Shown one piece after another: positions 10,498 through 20,278 of a DNA stretch of 64,000 nucleotides. This stretch comes from Bacteriovoracaceae bacterium. Lineage in GTDB: Bacteria > Bdellovibrionota > Bacteriovoracia > Bacteriovoracales > Bacteriovoracaceae. The stretch covers positions 434,001 through 498,000 of the forward strand of contig OZ244226.1 in assembly GCA_965217035.1 (NCBI GenBank), given 5' to 3'. The notes beneath the pieces are model-generated. The model had not been told where the DNA came from. It ran no database searches and saw nothing but the letters and a program-made list of their open reading frames with translations. The position numbers and the translations under genes were made by a program. Each line of letters opens with the position of its first letter. Within the stretch, counting starts at the first letter, position 1.

Positions 10498-10513
10498 AGC
10501 AACAAAAATGCCA
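10498..10513 (-). promoter_or_regulatory. Putative sigma54 -24/-12 promoter
   Basis: TGGCATTTTTGTTGCT, GG-N10-GC spacing, just upstream of the 10461 start. Confidence 0.65.
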
Positions 10514-10848
10514 ATATTTTTATTTATAATTTCAGGCACTTATAATAGAAATGGACAATCTAAATTGACACTGGTCACTTTTTGCTCCTGGGTCACTTTG
10601 ACTTTTATCCTTTGTCTTTATGCGTATGAAGTAAGGATAACTTTTGATCATTAAAGGCTACAATAATTTCACAGTTAAGGAAATTCTCAATTGTCGTAAG
10701 TATACTTGGCCCTCTGACAGTATCTATTGAATACGAAACTTTGTTCAGAAAATTTCCTGATTTACCTGGAGCATAATCTTGATTTAAGATTTTACTTATA
10801 GAAAACTCTCTCACTTTTCATATCTCGGAAGTCGAGAAAGCAAAAGAT

Positions 10849-10967
10849 TGGAAACGTATCCCACTAAATGCTTTGCAGATAGCTGAGCGTTATTTTGCCT
10901 TTAGTCAATTTAAAAAGGCTAATTCTTATTAAGATTCGATTGTATGACGTTGATCTATTAGATATAT
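10849..10967 (+). repeat. Copy 1 of ~120-bp upstream module
   Basis: Core AGCGTTATTTTGCCTTTAGTCAATT (10886-10910) is 24/25 identical to the reverse complement of 12660-12684; CTATTAGATATAT also shared. Confidence 0.8.
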
Positions 10968-11057
10968 ATCTTTTGGTACATATTAGAATTGATAGCTTCT
11001 GATTAAGGAGCATTACAAAAAATTACTTAAATAACTTCCCAATTCAAAGGAGAGAAA

Positions 11058-11465
11058 ATGAATAAATTATTAATAACTGGATTACTTATTTTAGGGAGCT
11101 TTTCTAGTTTTGCAAAAAGTTCTATTGCGGTATCTTGCAGTACAATTGATTATGACTCGGCCTATGACTTCAAAGTTTCTGAAGTCGGAGAAGTAACAAG
11201 TTTTAGAGGCTTATATGATGGAGAATTTAATAATTCTCTTTTAAATGATGGTACCTTTACATCGGTTAGATATATTAAAAAAAATGAACTTCACATAATA
11301 GAAGGTATGGTGGGGCCAAATGTTAGTATGAGATTGACTTATAACTCTAACCTTTCTCCATATGTAGTTAACGGTAGCGCTGTCTTCTTAGAATCAGATC
11401 AAGAAAAGATTGAAGTGATTTGCGAATCTGGAGCCGGAGTTTACTTTAAGACTAAGAAACGATAA
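11058..11465 (+). CDS. Hypothetical secreted protein
   Basis: AAGGAG RBS; signal peptide ending SFA. Confidence 0.75.
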   Translation: MNKLLITGLLILGSFSSFAKSSIAVSCSTIDYDSAYDFKVSEVGEVTSFRGLYDGEFNNSLLNDGTFTSVRYIKKNELHIIEGMVGPNVSMRLTYNSNLSPYVVNGSAVFLESDQEKIEVICESGAGVYFKTKKR

Positions 11466-11789
11466 TTCAGTTACTCGACACAATTAGCGATCAAAAAGCA
11501 AAGTCGGAGAAAATCGCCCGCCTTTTATATCGAAAACAGAGGGGTAAAATTCAGTGGTTTCTGTTAGGTGAACACTCTTTAGAAACTTTAATAAGAAAGA
11601 CCTTTTTATTCTTGAGATCGAGTCTTCTCAATACAAGTATCCCACTAAGGCAAGCTAATAGGAACTTCATCTCCTTTTTGTAATTTGCAGACTCAATTTA
11701 AAAATAAAAAAGGCTGTTAAATTTCCAGCCTGGTCAAAGAAATCCTAGAGAACAGTTGCATTGTCTTTATTATTCAAATTTTTCTTGAA

Positions 11790-11879
11790 AATTTTGGTCA
11801 AGATTGAAGCTTTAATCTTTTTGAGGAAAACCTTTGGTAAAAAAAGGCTAACATCTTAAATATTAGCCTTTAGGTGTAT
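11790..11879. repeat. Copy B of ~90-bp module (near-palindrome plus minus-strand terminator)
   Basis: 19-nt identity at 11803-11821 and a matching hairpin versus 7521-7612. Confidence 0.8.
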
Positions 11880-11894
11880 GTAGCAAGTTCTATT

Positions 11895-12512
11895 TTAGTT
11901 TGTTTTTCCTTGTTCTTGGTTATAATTCTCCCAATATACTTTCAGCCCCCCTAGGTCCGTTTGATACTTATCATACAAAAGATCTAGATAAACAAGTATT
12001 CTTGCAAATCTTCTTTTGTTAACACTAACATCAACATCTTCATTAATTACTTTCTTTAAAATTCTTAAATCTTTATTAACAAAACCATTTCTTATAAGCC
12101 TAGAAGGTAGGCTTATCGGTAGTAGCATTGTATCTAAGACTCCAGTCAGTGGTAACATCACGACTGCTTCCGCTCCGAAGTCTCCATCTTCTAGATTCTC
12201 GCCAACCATTCCATAAGGGGTAATCATGGGACGAAGCGCTGTTTCATAATTATAGATTTCTTCTGTATGAGTAGAATTAAATCGAATTCCTTTTTTGATT
12301 AGTTTGGATTTATATTCTATATGTGAATAAATTTCACTCAATGGAGTGCTTCGTTCAAAGATTGGACCATAACCAGTATTTAAAGTTACAACCAAAAATT
12401 TTCCATTTTCTTTTATTACTATTTTTCTATCACTATTCTTTTTACTAATTGTTCCAGCGGTGGCACTAAAAATCATAGCAAGGGTCATTAATCCTAAAAC
12501 TGATTTCTTCAT
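11895..12512 (-). CDS. Hypothetical secreted protein
   Basis: Signal peptide ending ATA; 205-aa ORF. Confidence 0.75.
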   Translation of the reverse strand: MKKSVLGLMTLAMIFSATAGTISKKNSDRKIVIKENGKFLVVTLNTGYGPIFERSTPLSEIYSHIEYKSKLIKKGIRFNSTHTEEIYNYETALRPMITPYGMVGENLEDGDFGAEAVVMLPLTGVLDTMLLPISLPSRLIRNGFVNKDLRILKKVINEDVDVSVNKRRFARILVYLDLLYDKYQTDLGGLKVYWENYNQEQGKTN

Positions 12513-12601
12513 TTCTGTATCCCTTGAGCAACAGCTCGCAAACCTAATCTCATGAGAGTTTTTCTTACCCGAAAACTCTAAGGCTTAATATCATTGAGAG
12601 A

Positions 12602-12722
12602 ATATATCTAATAGGGCCAATACAATGTAAATGAACTTTAATGACAATGAACTTTTTTCAATTGACTGAAGGCAAAATAACGCTAGCTTGATACTAAACC
12701 ATTCAAGCGCAAGAAGTTTCCA
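12602..12722 (-). repeat. Copy 2 of ~120-bp upstream module
   Basis: Inverted relative to 10849-10967; same orientation relative to its own gene. Confidence 0.8.
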
Positions 12723-13016
12723 TTACAAATATTCAAAATTACGAGGTTAGTCGGACATCACAAATATGACTTAATAACGGTAAGATGCTCAAAAATTTAA
12801 TGCTAGTGATTATTAGGATAAGGTATCTTGGACTTGTTAAACAAAGTTCTCACGAGGTGGCCAATGCATTTGAAAAGAATACCAAATAAACAAATATAAA
12901 ATTTATGATCTTACACATGTTCTGCCTTTCTGATAAAAATATCGTTTTTCTTATTTTAGATCCTTATAATTCTTTTTTTAAGTCAGCATATATTTTTTAT
13001 CTGTCAAAACTTTATA

Positions 13017-13892
13017 GGGCGTGTCTTCAAAGTTAGAAGGGTCTGAGAAAATGTAAGGCCTTTTAAGGTCATTTATCTTGGCCATTGATCATAATTCTAC
13101 TTTCATAGATCTATGAAAACAACAGAACGATTATTTTTAACAAACACTATGTGGAAAAAAATAGAACCTCTTTTACCAGCTGAACGTGGTCGCTGCGCTC
13201 GTCCCTCAAAATGTAACCGAACAATGCTTGAAGGAATGATTTGGAAGCTTAGAGTCGGTTGTCCCTGGAGAGATCTCCCTGTTGAGTTTGGTCCTTGGCA
13301 ATCAGTTTACACTCGTTTTAATCGTTGGTCAGAATCAGGAATCTTCCAAGAAGTTTTTGTTCTGATTAAAGACAAGTTAACAAAGCAAAACGTTGCCTTG
13401 GATTCAAGTATTGTTCGAGCTCATCAACATGCTCATGGTGCTCGAAAAAAAATGGTGATCAGAAGATAGGAAAAAGCTCAGGTGGTCCCACAACAAAGAT
13501 TCACCTTTTAACAGACAGCTACGGTAATCCGGAGATCATTAAATTAAGTCCAGGCAATATTCATGACATTGATACCGCGTATGAATTTATTGAAGAGTTA
13601 CCCGATCAAGTCGAGCAACTTCTTGCTGATAAAGGTTATGATGCAGATTTGTTCAGAAAGTCACTCGAAGCGAGAGGAGTAAGTCCTGTTATTCCAGGAA
13701 GAAGAAGTCGAAAGAAGGAGATTGTTTACGACAAGGAACTTTATAGAGACAGACATGTTGTCGAGAATTCTTTTTGTAACTTAAAGCAATTTAGGTCGAT
13801 TGCAATGAGATTTGAAAAGCTTGCTCGAAACTATATGACCATGGTTTTACTGGGAGCGATTCTTATGTGGAGTAAACTTTGAAAACACGCCC
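13017..13892 (+). mobile_element. IS5 family (IS427-group-like) insertion sequence, 876 bp
   Basis: Terminal IRs GGGCGTGTCTTCAAAGTT / AACTTTGAAAACACGCCC (1 mismatch); TA on both flanks. Confidence 0.92.
13113..13882 (+). CDS. IS5 family transposase, orfA+orfB joined by -1 frameshift at A8 (13445-13452)
   Basis: orfA WRDLP..FGPWQSVYTRFNRW, LDSSIVRAHQ; -1 frame reads GKSSGGPTTKIH...ADKGYD...RHVVENSF..LKQFR. Confidence 0.9.
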
Positions 13893-14122
13893 TAATTTAA
13901 AGGAGTTCAAAATCCTCCAAATATGCGGACTTTTTAACTCGAGGTATCTCTATGAGTTTTCAATAACTTCAACTTTTTTGATAGAGAAACTAAAAACTGT
14001 CTATAAAATAGACGATTTCATATCCAAAATTGTAATTTTTTTTAATCTTATGAAAGTCGCCTCTAAGCGACTAAAATAACTTATCTATTAATTTAATGAA
14101 CCTTTTTTTAGGATAACAAAGG

Positions 14123-14458
14123 ATGATTTTGATGAGATTTTTTTATTCACTACTACTAACTTCATTATTAACTTCTATTGCTTTCGCTGATATTACTCCT
14201 TCGCCAGGTGAAACTTTCAGTGAGAAGATTACTGGAACTGCTGCATCTATCTTAGGCGATTATATCCAGACGGCTGAAAACGCTACTCAAGGGAAATTTC
14301 CAGAAGCTATTGGTGAGATTAAAATTGAAGATCGAATATTGTCAGAAGGGATTTCAGTTATCCAAGAGACTGAGTCTTTAACAATTACAATTGGCTGTGT
14401 TTCTACCTATAAATATGGTCGTCAATATAGCTGTAAGCTCGTAAAGACATATAAATAG
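14123..14458 (+). CDS. Hypothetical secreted protein
   Basis: Signal peptide ending AFA; C-terminal Cys pair. Confidence 0.7.
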   Translation: MILMRFFYSLLLTSLLTSIAFADITPSPGETFSEKITGTAASILGDYIQTAENATQGKFPEAIGEIKIEDRILSEGISVIQETESLTITIGCVSTYKYGRQYSCKLVKTYK

Positions 14459-14492
14459 GAAAAATGTATATTATTATGTGAAGTTGAATTAA

Positions 14493-14942
14493 ATGTCCAG
14501 TTGTCTCGATCCTATTACTCTAGTTAAAGTACTCTCATATTCTCCTGATGTTTCAGAGAAGTGTGAATTTATCTTGAATTCTGTGACTCAACTAACACAA
14601 ACTAACTTCAGTCAATACATATTTGTTTTTCTTTCTACTTGCTTACTAGAATTACTGTTTTATTTTTGGGTTTTAAAAAAGTATTCTTATCTAAGTCGCT
14701 TGTTAGGACTTGGTATCGCGAACTTAGCGACTCACCCTATTGTTTATTTTCTTTTGCCCTGGCTATTTTCAAAGCAAGCTATTGAGTGGAAGTACTATCT
14801 CTTAACTGCTGAAATTTTTGCTCCAATTGCTGAAGCCATCATCTTGAGTGTTTTTTTTAAAATAGGATGGGGAAGATCTATTCTTCTAATGCTTGCAGCT
14901 AATCTTTTTTCGTGGGGACTTGGGGTTTATTTGCTTCATTGA
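14493..14942 (+). CDS. Hypothetical membrane protein
   Basis: About four TM helices; ANLATHP, AEIFA..AE, ANLFSW motifs. Confidence 0.7.
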   Translation: MSSCLDPITLVKVLSYSPDVSEKCEFILNSVTQLTQTNFSQYIFVFLSTCLLELLFYFWVLKKYSYLSRLLGLGIANLATHPIVYFLLPWLFSKQAIEWKYYLLTAEIFAPIAEAIILSVFFKIGWGRSILLMLAANLFSWGLGVYLLH

Positions 14943-15151
14943 TTTTTTAAGTAACTAGAAGATTATATCCAACTGAGAGCTAATTGTAAGCCTATAAAAA
15001 GCTTTGAGATTTCTTTAAACTTCTTTACTGGGCCATGCTTTAAAGATGTCTTGGATATAACCTTTCTCGTGCTCACTTTGAGTACGTATAACTTTTATAA
15101 TACGCATTATTTTTATAAAATATTGAAGACTTAAGGTGTATAACCGTACTC

Positions 15152-16012
15152 ATGAGCCAATCGATCAGACCTAATCTATTAGAGTACTTTGAGTACGCGG
15201 AATACCTAAAAGATTTCTACTCCTGGTCCAAAGAAGTTGATCAGTCCTTTTCCTATCAAAAATGGGCAAAAGCAGCTGGCCTCGCCAGTAAGGGGTACTT
15301 AAGAATGGTCGTTATTGGGAAGAGAAAATTAACAGATGAAACTTTTAATAAGCTTCTTCCAACAATAAATCTTAATACTCTCGAAGAAAAATTCTTTCGT
15401 TTGCTTCTTAAACTTGATCGAGCAAAGAAATTAAGCGAAAAAGCCGAGTACTATGAAGAACTTATTAAAGTTAAGAGTTCTGATAAAATTAAAGATGTTG
15501 AAAATACTTATGAGTACCTCTCTAATGAATGGCTTCCTAGACTTCATATCTTATTGGACATAAAAAATATTTCAAGAACAGAGAAAGCTCTTTCAAAATG
15601 CCTTGGGATTCCTCTTCAAGAAGTTATGAATCTTTGTAAAAAACTCGAAGAACTTGGTTACGCAGAAAAAATCGAAGATCAATGGGTTTCTAAAGATACA
15701 ATTACTTATATTTCAAATCGAATCAATAACATAGCTGTTCAAAGATTTCATAAGAATAGTCTAGAAACGTCAATCGAGGCCCTGAACCTTCATTCCAGTG
15801 AACGTCATTTCAATGCCGCTTATTATACTCTCGATAAAAAAAGTTATGAAAAAGTGACAAAAAAAATTGATAACTTTACAAAAGAGCTTCTTTTAGAATT
15901 TTCACAAATAAATACAGATGAAGAGAGAAAACTTTATCAAGTCAATACTAACCTTGTTCCTATGTCAGAGAACCTTATCCGCCGAGAAGAGCGAGCCAGA
16001 GAACTAACATAA
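15152..16012 (+). CDS. TIGR02147/DUF4423-like putative DNA-binding protein
   Basis: Y..YLKDFY...FSY..WAKAAGL.SKGYL..V..GKRKL N-terminus; ERHF and LYQVN..LVP C-terminus. Confidence 0.8.
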   Translation: MSQSIRPNLLEYFEYAEYLKDFYSWSKEVDQSFSYQKWAKAAGLASKGYLRMVVIGKRKLTDETFNKLLPTINLNTLEEKFFRLLLKLDRAKKLSEKAEYYEELIKVKSSDKIKDVENTYEYLSNEWLPRLHILLDIKNISRTEKALSKCLGIPLQEVMNLCKKLEELGYAEKIEDQWVSKDTITYISNRINNIAVQRFHKNSLETSIEALNLHSSERHFNAAYYTLDKKSYEKVTKKIDNFTKELLLEFSQINTDEERKLYQVNTNLVPMSENLIRREERARELT

Positions 16013-16029
16013 AACAAAACGGAGAAATC

Positions 16030-17115
16030 ATGAAAACTTTGTTGGCAATTTTATTAACAGGTTCACTTTATTCTTACGCACAGATGGAAGCTTATAATTC
16101 AAGCGGCGGAGGAGTTGGAAATGGTGGAAACTTCAGAACAAAGGAATTCTCTACTCCCGTTTCTAATATTATGAGTAGACTCAATATCATTCTAAAGAAT
16201 AAAATTCTAAGAGACTTGATTCAGGATTATTATAATATTGAACTGCTTCAAAAAGTTCTTCAAACTTACAATACCAACCTTGGCACAATCGAAATTTCTT
16301 TTGGTTGTAAAAAGTTAACAGATCCTAAAACAAATGAACCTGTCACATGTCAAAATGATCCTATAAAAAAATCTATTGAGTGTAATGAGAACAATTGGAT
16401 TAACGATTATAGTTCAGTTAATTCATACCAAGAAAGAGTAGAACTCACTCTTCATGAAGTTTTGGGGGCCCTTGGATTAGAAAAATCAGGTAACTTTTTG
16501 ATCACAAACGCGATTATAGAAGTCATATCACATGACTTTCCATTCAAATATTCAGCCGTAAAAAGAACCCTTAATAAAAAAGTTTATGATAAAGAATCAG
16601 CTGCAGTGTCAAAACGTTATAAGATTAGAGATTTATTAAAGAAAGAAAATGGAGCTTCTTTCCTTCAAAGTTTAAGAGATGCATCAATTGAAAATAAAAA
16701 CTTAGTTTGTGAAAAAAGAATAGTCGAAAAGAAATTTCTCGCGGGAAGATGGGAATGTGATGCCTATCCAGGTCATGATAGGTTTATGGATTTTAATTAT
16801 GACTCGAGTTCGAAAGAATGGAAAAATAAGACGACCTACTCTGCTAGAGGAAATTCAGGTCCAACTATTACACACCATATTATCTTTCCTGTTGATAACA
16901 AGGATAATGAAGGGAATATAATCAGTGGAAAAGCGATTGCAACAAACAATCAAGGATATCCAGAAGTCAGCGATGATGCTGTTATTTTAGAATTTATTAC
17001 TGAAGATAGAATTCAACTAACCTATCGAGATATTCGTTATGTCCGTAAGGGTTCTGAAATTAAACACATAGAATTCCAAGGAAAAATCAGCCGTACATGC
17101 GTAAGAACTTATTAA
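16030..17115 (+). CDS. Hypothetical secreted protein with LHEVLGALG motif
   Basis: GGAG RBS; signal peptide; GGGVGNGG; LHEVLGALGLE. Confidence 0.75.
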   Translation: MKTLLAILLTGSLYSYAQMEAYNSSGGGVGNGGNFRTKEFSTPVSNIMSRLNIILKNKILRDLIQDYYNIELLQKVLQTYNTNLGTIEISFGCKKLTDPKTNEPVTCQNDPIKKSIECNENNWINDYSSVNSYQERVELTLHEVLGALGLEKSGNFLITNAIIEVISHDFPFKYSAVKRTLNKKVYDKESAAVSKRYKIRDLLKKENGASFLQSLRDASIENKNLVCEKRIVEKKFLAGRWECDAYPGHDRFMDFNYDSSSKEWKNKTTYSARGNSGPTITHHIIFPVDNKDNEGNIISGKAIATNNQGYPEVSDDAVILEFITEDRIQLTYRDIRYVRKGSEIKHIEFQGKISRTCVRTY

Positions 17116-17126
17116 CAACTTCTCTC

Positions 17127-17157
17127 AAAGCCTCTGCCTTAAAGGTAGAGGCTTTCT
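17127..17157. terminator. Hairpin terminator between convergent genes
   Basis: AAAGCCTCTGCCT-TAA-AGGTAGAGGCTTT. Confidence 0.7.
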
Positions 17158-17164
17158 TAATCAA

Positions 17165-17623
17165 TCAACCTTTTTCAATAGACTCTTCAATGAGTTGTAT
17201 ATAGCCCTTGATCTTCTTAGTAGAACTTGGGACAGCAAAAATAGTATCATCTCCTGCTACAGTTCCAAGAATCTCATTTTTACAATAACGATCGATAAAC
17301 CCAGCCACAAACATAGCAGCTCCTGGAATTGTCTTAATAACAATCATAGATTCATTATGCTTGATAGAAAGGACGAGATTGCTGACATTTCCTCCATAAG
17401 CATTAAGTGATCTCTGAGGTTTTAATTCATATTTACTCCCTCCATCAACGAGGCTCACTTTTACAACCTCCATCTTTTTTAACGCTCTCGAAATAGTCGA
17501 TTGAGTAACTGCAAAACCTTTCTCTTCTAACAGCTCTTTTAAATCCTCTTGAGTTCCATGAAAACCACTACCAATGACCCCTCTGAGCACTTTATTCATC
17601 TTTCTTTTCATTACTAAATCCAT
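17165..17623 (-). CDS. argR: Arginine repressor
   Basis: TQEDL, VTQSTISRAL, GTVAGDDTIF; GAGGAG RBS before ATG 17623. Confidence 0.93.
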   Translation of the reverse strand: MDLVMKRKMNKVLRGVIGSGFHGTQEDLKELLEEKGFAVTQSTISRALKKMEVVKVSLVDGGSKYELKPQRSLNAYGGNVSNLVLSIKHNESMIVIKTIPGAAMFVAGFIDRYCKNEILGTVAGDDTIFAVPSSTKKIKGYIQLIEESIEKG

Positions 17624-17638
17624 ATGGCTCCTCATCTT

Positions 17639-17675
17639 CCTGCATATTTATGCACAAAAATGAATAATATGCAAA
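17639..17675. promoter_or_regulatory. Tandem ARG boxes
   Basis: TGCATATTTATGCA and imperfect TGAATAATATGCA between divergent argR and argG. Confidence 0.75.
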
Positions 17676-17732
17676 AAAGAGATTGTCTAGTCCTAAACAA
17701 AAAGATATCTAAAAGCCAACAACGGAGGAATT

Positions 17733-18905
17733 ATGAAAAAGGCATTATTGGCATACTCGGGAGGATTGGACACATCAGCTATCCTTGTTTGGCTCAAAGA
17801 ACAAATGGGATTTGAGGTTTATTGTTATTGTTGTGATTTAGGAAACCAACCCGATGAAAAATGGCTTGAAGAAAGGGCCCTTTCATTTGGTGCCAAAGAA
17901 TTCATCTTTGAAGACATGAAAGAAGAATTTAGCAAAGAATATGCAATGGGTGTTATCCGTAGTGGTGCTCTCTATGAAGGAGAATATCTTTTAGGAACTG
18001 CAATCGGTAGACCTCTTATTGCTAAAAGAATGGCCATCCTCGCTGAGAAGCTTGATATCGATTGCCTTGTTCATGGTGCAACTGGAAAAGGTAATGATCA
18101 ATTAAGACTTGAGCAATCATGGGCCTATCTATGTCCCAAAAAACAGATATTGGCTCCTTGGAAAGAATGGGACTTTAAAGGAAGAAGTGATCTTTTAAGC
18201 TATTTAAATGAGAAAGGTTTTTCTTATGAGGGAGAAGCTAAAGGGAAATACAGTATTGATGAAAATCTCTTTCATAAATCAACTGAAGGTGCAGAACTTG
18301 AAGAGATTGATGGCGATTACGATGCTTCAATCCTCGGCGGTAAAAACCAAGACTCCTCTACCACCGTGGCCATCACTTTTTCAGAAGGATTTCCAAAAGA
18401 AATAGACGGCAAAGCAGTCAGTGCTTACGAAGCCTTTGATCTATTAAACCAGCTTGGAACGAATTACTCAATTGGAACGGTTGATATCGTTGAAGAGAGA
18501 GTTAATGGAATCAAAAGCCGTGGTATCTACCAAACTCCTGGAGGAAAGATTCTTTTAGATGCTTTAAAAAAACTGAAAGAAATTAACTGGTCCCATAAAC
18601 TCACTAAAATCTCTCAAGTCATGGCGATTGAATATGCAGAGCTTATTTATGAAGGAGCTTGGTTCTCTCAGGCGAAATATGCGCTCGATGCCTATTTCGA
18701 CGACGCCTGTAAGAGACTCGACGGACAAGTCATTGTTGAACTCAGTAACTCCAATATAAGAGTTGTCTCGAGAAAAAGTGAGAAGAGTTTATACTCAAAA
18801 CCACTCGTTAGCTTTGAAGAAGATGCCCTAGGGATCAATAAAAGCTCTAAGGGTTTTTGTATGACAAGAAACCTTTCATTCACAAATGAAGGTTTAGTGA
18901 AATGA
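17733..18905 (+). CDS. argG: Argininosuccinate synthase
   Basis: AYSGGLDTS, HGATGKGNDQ, GIKSRGIY.TPGG. Confidence 0.95.
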   Translation: MKKALLAYSGGLDTSAILVWLKEQMGFEVYCYCCDLGNQPDEKWLEERALSFGAKEFIFEDMKEEFSKEYAMGVIRSGALYEGEYLLGTAIGRPLIAKRMAILAEKLDIDCLVHGATGKGNDQLRLEQSWAYLCPKKQILAPWKEWDFKGRSDLLSYLNEKGFSYEGEAKGKYSIDENLFHKSTEGAELEEIDGDYDASILGGKNQDSSTTVAITFSEGFPKEIDGKAVSAYEAFDLLNQLGTNYSIGTVDIVEERVNGIKSRGIYQTPGGKILLDALKKLKEINWSHKLTKISQVMAIEYAELIYEGAWFSQAKYALDAYFDDACKRLDGQVIVELSNSNIRVVSRKSEKSLYSKPLVSFEEDALGINKSSKGFCMTRNLSFTNEGLVK

Positions 18906-20245
18906 GTGAAACATCAGGAAAAGTCATTGGAGAAAGTGAAAACTCGAAATTAACGAGTTTCACTCATGGACTCGATGTGGATCAACTGATGTTTAAAGAA
19001 GAGATTTTGGTTCAAAAAGAATGGATAAAATCTTTAACAAAAGAAAACTACCTCACCTCTTCTGAAGAGAAGAACCTTCTCAAAGAGTTAGAAACAATTC
19101 AAAATGAAATGTCCTCTGGCGATTTCGCTTGGAGCTATGATGATGAAGATATTCATATGAATCTCGAAAGGGCCTTGACTGAAAGACTTGGAGATGTTGG
19201 AAAGAAAATTCATCTCGGTCGATCTCGAAATGATTTAGTAGCGACAACTCAGAGATTATTTGTCAGCTCATGCATAAACCAAGTCTCTATTCTTACTAAA
19301 CAGCTTATAAAAACGATTTGCGGACAATCAGAAAAACATATCGAAACAATTATTGCGGGAATGACTCATCAACAATCAGGCCAACCTGTTAGGTTTTCTC
19401 AAACTTTAATGGCCCACCCATGCGCCCTACTGAGAGATCTTGAAAGACTTAATAAGTCTAAAGAAGCTTGTCTTGAATACTTACCGCTTGGAGCGGCTGC
19501 TTTTTCAGGGACACATATTAATATTGATCTCAAAGAACTCTCAAAAAATCTAGGATTCAAAAAACCTCTTATCAATAGCTACGATGCTGTTGGAGACAGA
19601 GACTTCATTCTAGAAGGTTTAAGTTCATTTTCAATGACTGCAGTTCATCTCATTAGATATTGTAGTGAGATCATTTATCAATCATCTGGATCTGTCGGAG
19701 TTATAAAATTGCCTGAGAAATGGTCAACCGGTAGTTCTATCATGCCCAATAAGAGAAATCCTGATATCTTAGAAATCACAAGAGCAAAAATGCATAGAGT
19801 AATCTCAAGTTTAAATGAAGGTCTTTCTATTGTTAGTTCTGTCGTTCCTAGTTATGGTTCTGATCTCCATGAGCTCAAAAGAACTTTTTTGAAATCGTAC
19901 GAATGTCTCAGAGATAGTTTAGATATTCTTATCAGTTTCACTTCAGAGTTTGATGTTAATAAAGACAAATGCTTAGAAACATTAAACTCAGGTCATGTGC
20001 TTGCCACTGATCTCGCCAATAAGCTCAGTCAAGACTCTGATGGTGACTTCAGATCAGCCTACCTCAAAATTAAGAAGATGGTAAAAGAGTCAGACGAGAA
20101 AGGCATTCAAATTCACAATCATGAAGCTTGGCCAGCAGAGATTAACTTTAACTATTCAGTAGAACTTAGAAATAATTGCGGTGGAACATCTCAGTCGCGT
20201 TGCTTGGAACAAATAAATTCAGTCAAAAAGAGATTAAATGATTAA
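18902..20245 (+). CDS. argH: Argininosuccinate lyase
   Basis: EDIHM, GRSRND, GSSIMPNKRNPD; ATGA overlap with argG. Confidence 0.95.
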   Translation: MSETSGKVIGESENSKLTSFTHGLDVDQLMFKEEILVQKEWIKSLTKENYLTSSEEKNLLKELETIQNEMSSGDFAWSYDDEDIHMNLERALTERLGDVGKKIHLGRSRNDLVATTQRLFVSSCINQVSILTKQLIKTICGQSEKHIETIIAGMTHQQSGQPVRFSQTLMAHPCALLRDLERLNKSKEACLEYLPLGAAAFSGTHINIDLKELSKNLGFKKPLINSYDAVGDRDFILEGLSSFSMTAVHLIRYCSEIIYQSSGSVGVIKLPEKWSTGSSIMPNKRNPDILEITRAKMHRVISSLNEGLSIVSSVVPSYGSDLHELKRTFLKSYECLRDSLDILISFTSEFDVNKDKCLETLNSGHVLATDLANKLSQDSDGDFRSAYLKIKKMVKESDEKGIQIHNHEAWPAEINFNYSVELRNNCGGTSQSRCLEQINSVKKRLND

Positions 20246-20278
20246 GCCGAGAAGTAAAACTCCTCGGCGCCAAAAGAA

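Noticed and set aside
10605..10932. ORF 10605..10814 (-) and a stop-interrupted + frame ending at 10932
   Set aside because: No RBS or recognisable motif; a possible relic that cannot be assigned without a search
13879..14079. 66-aa ORF after the transposase
   Set aside because: Starts inside the IS right IR, so it is created by the insertion
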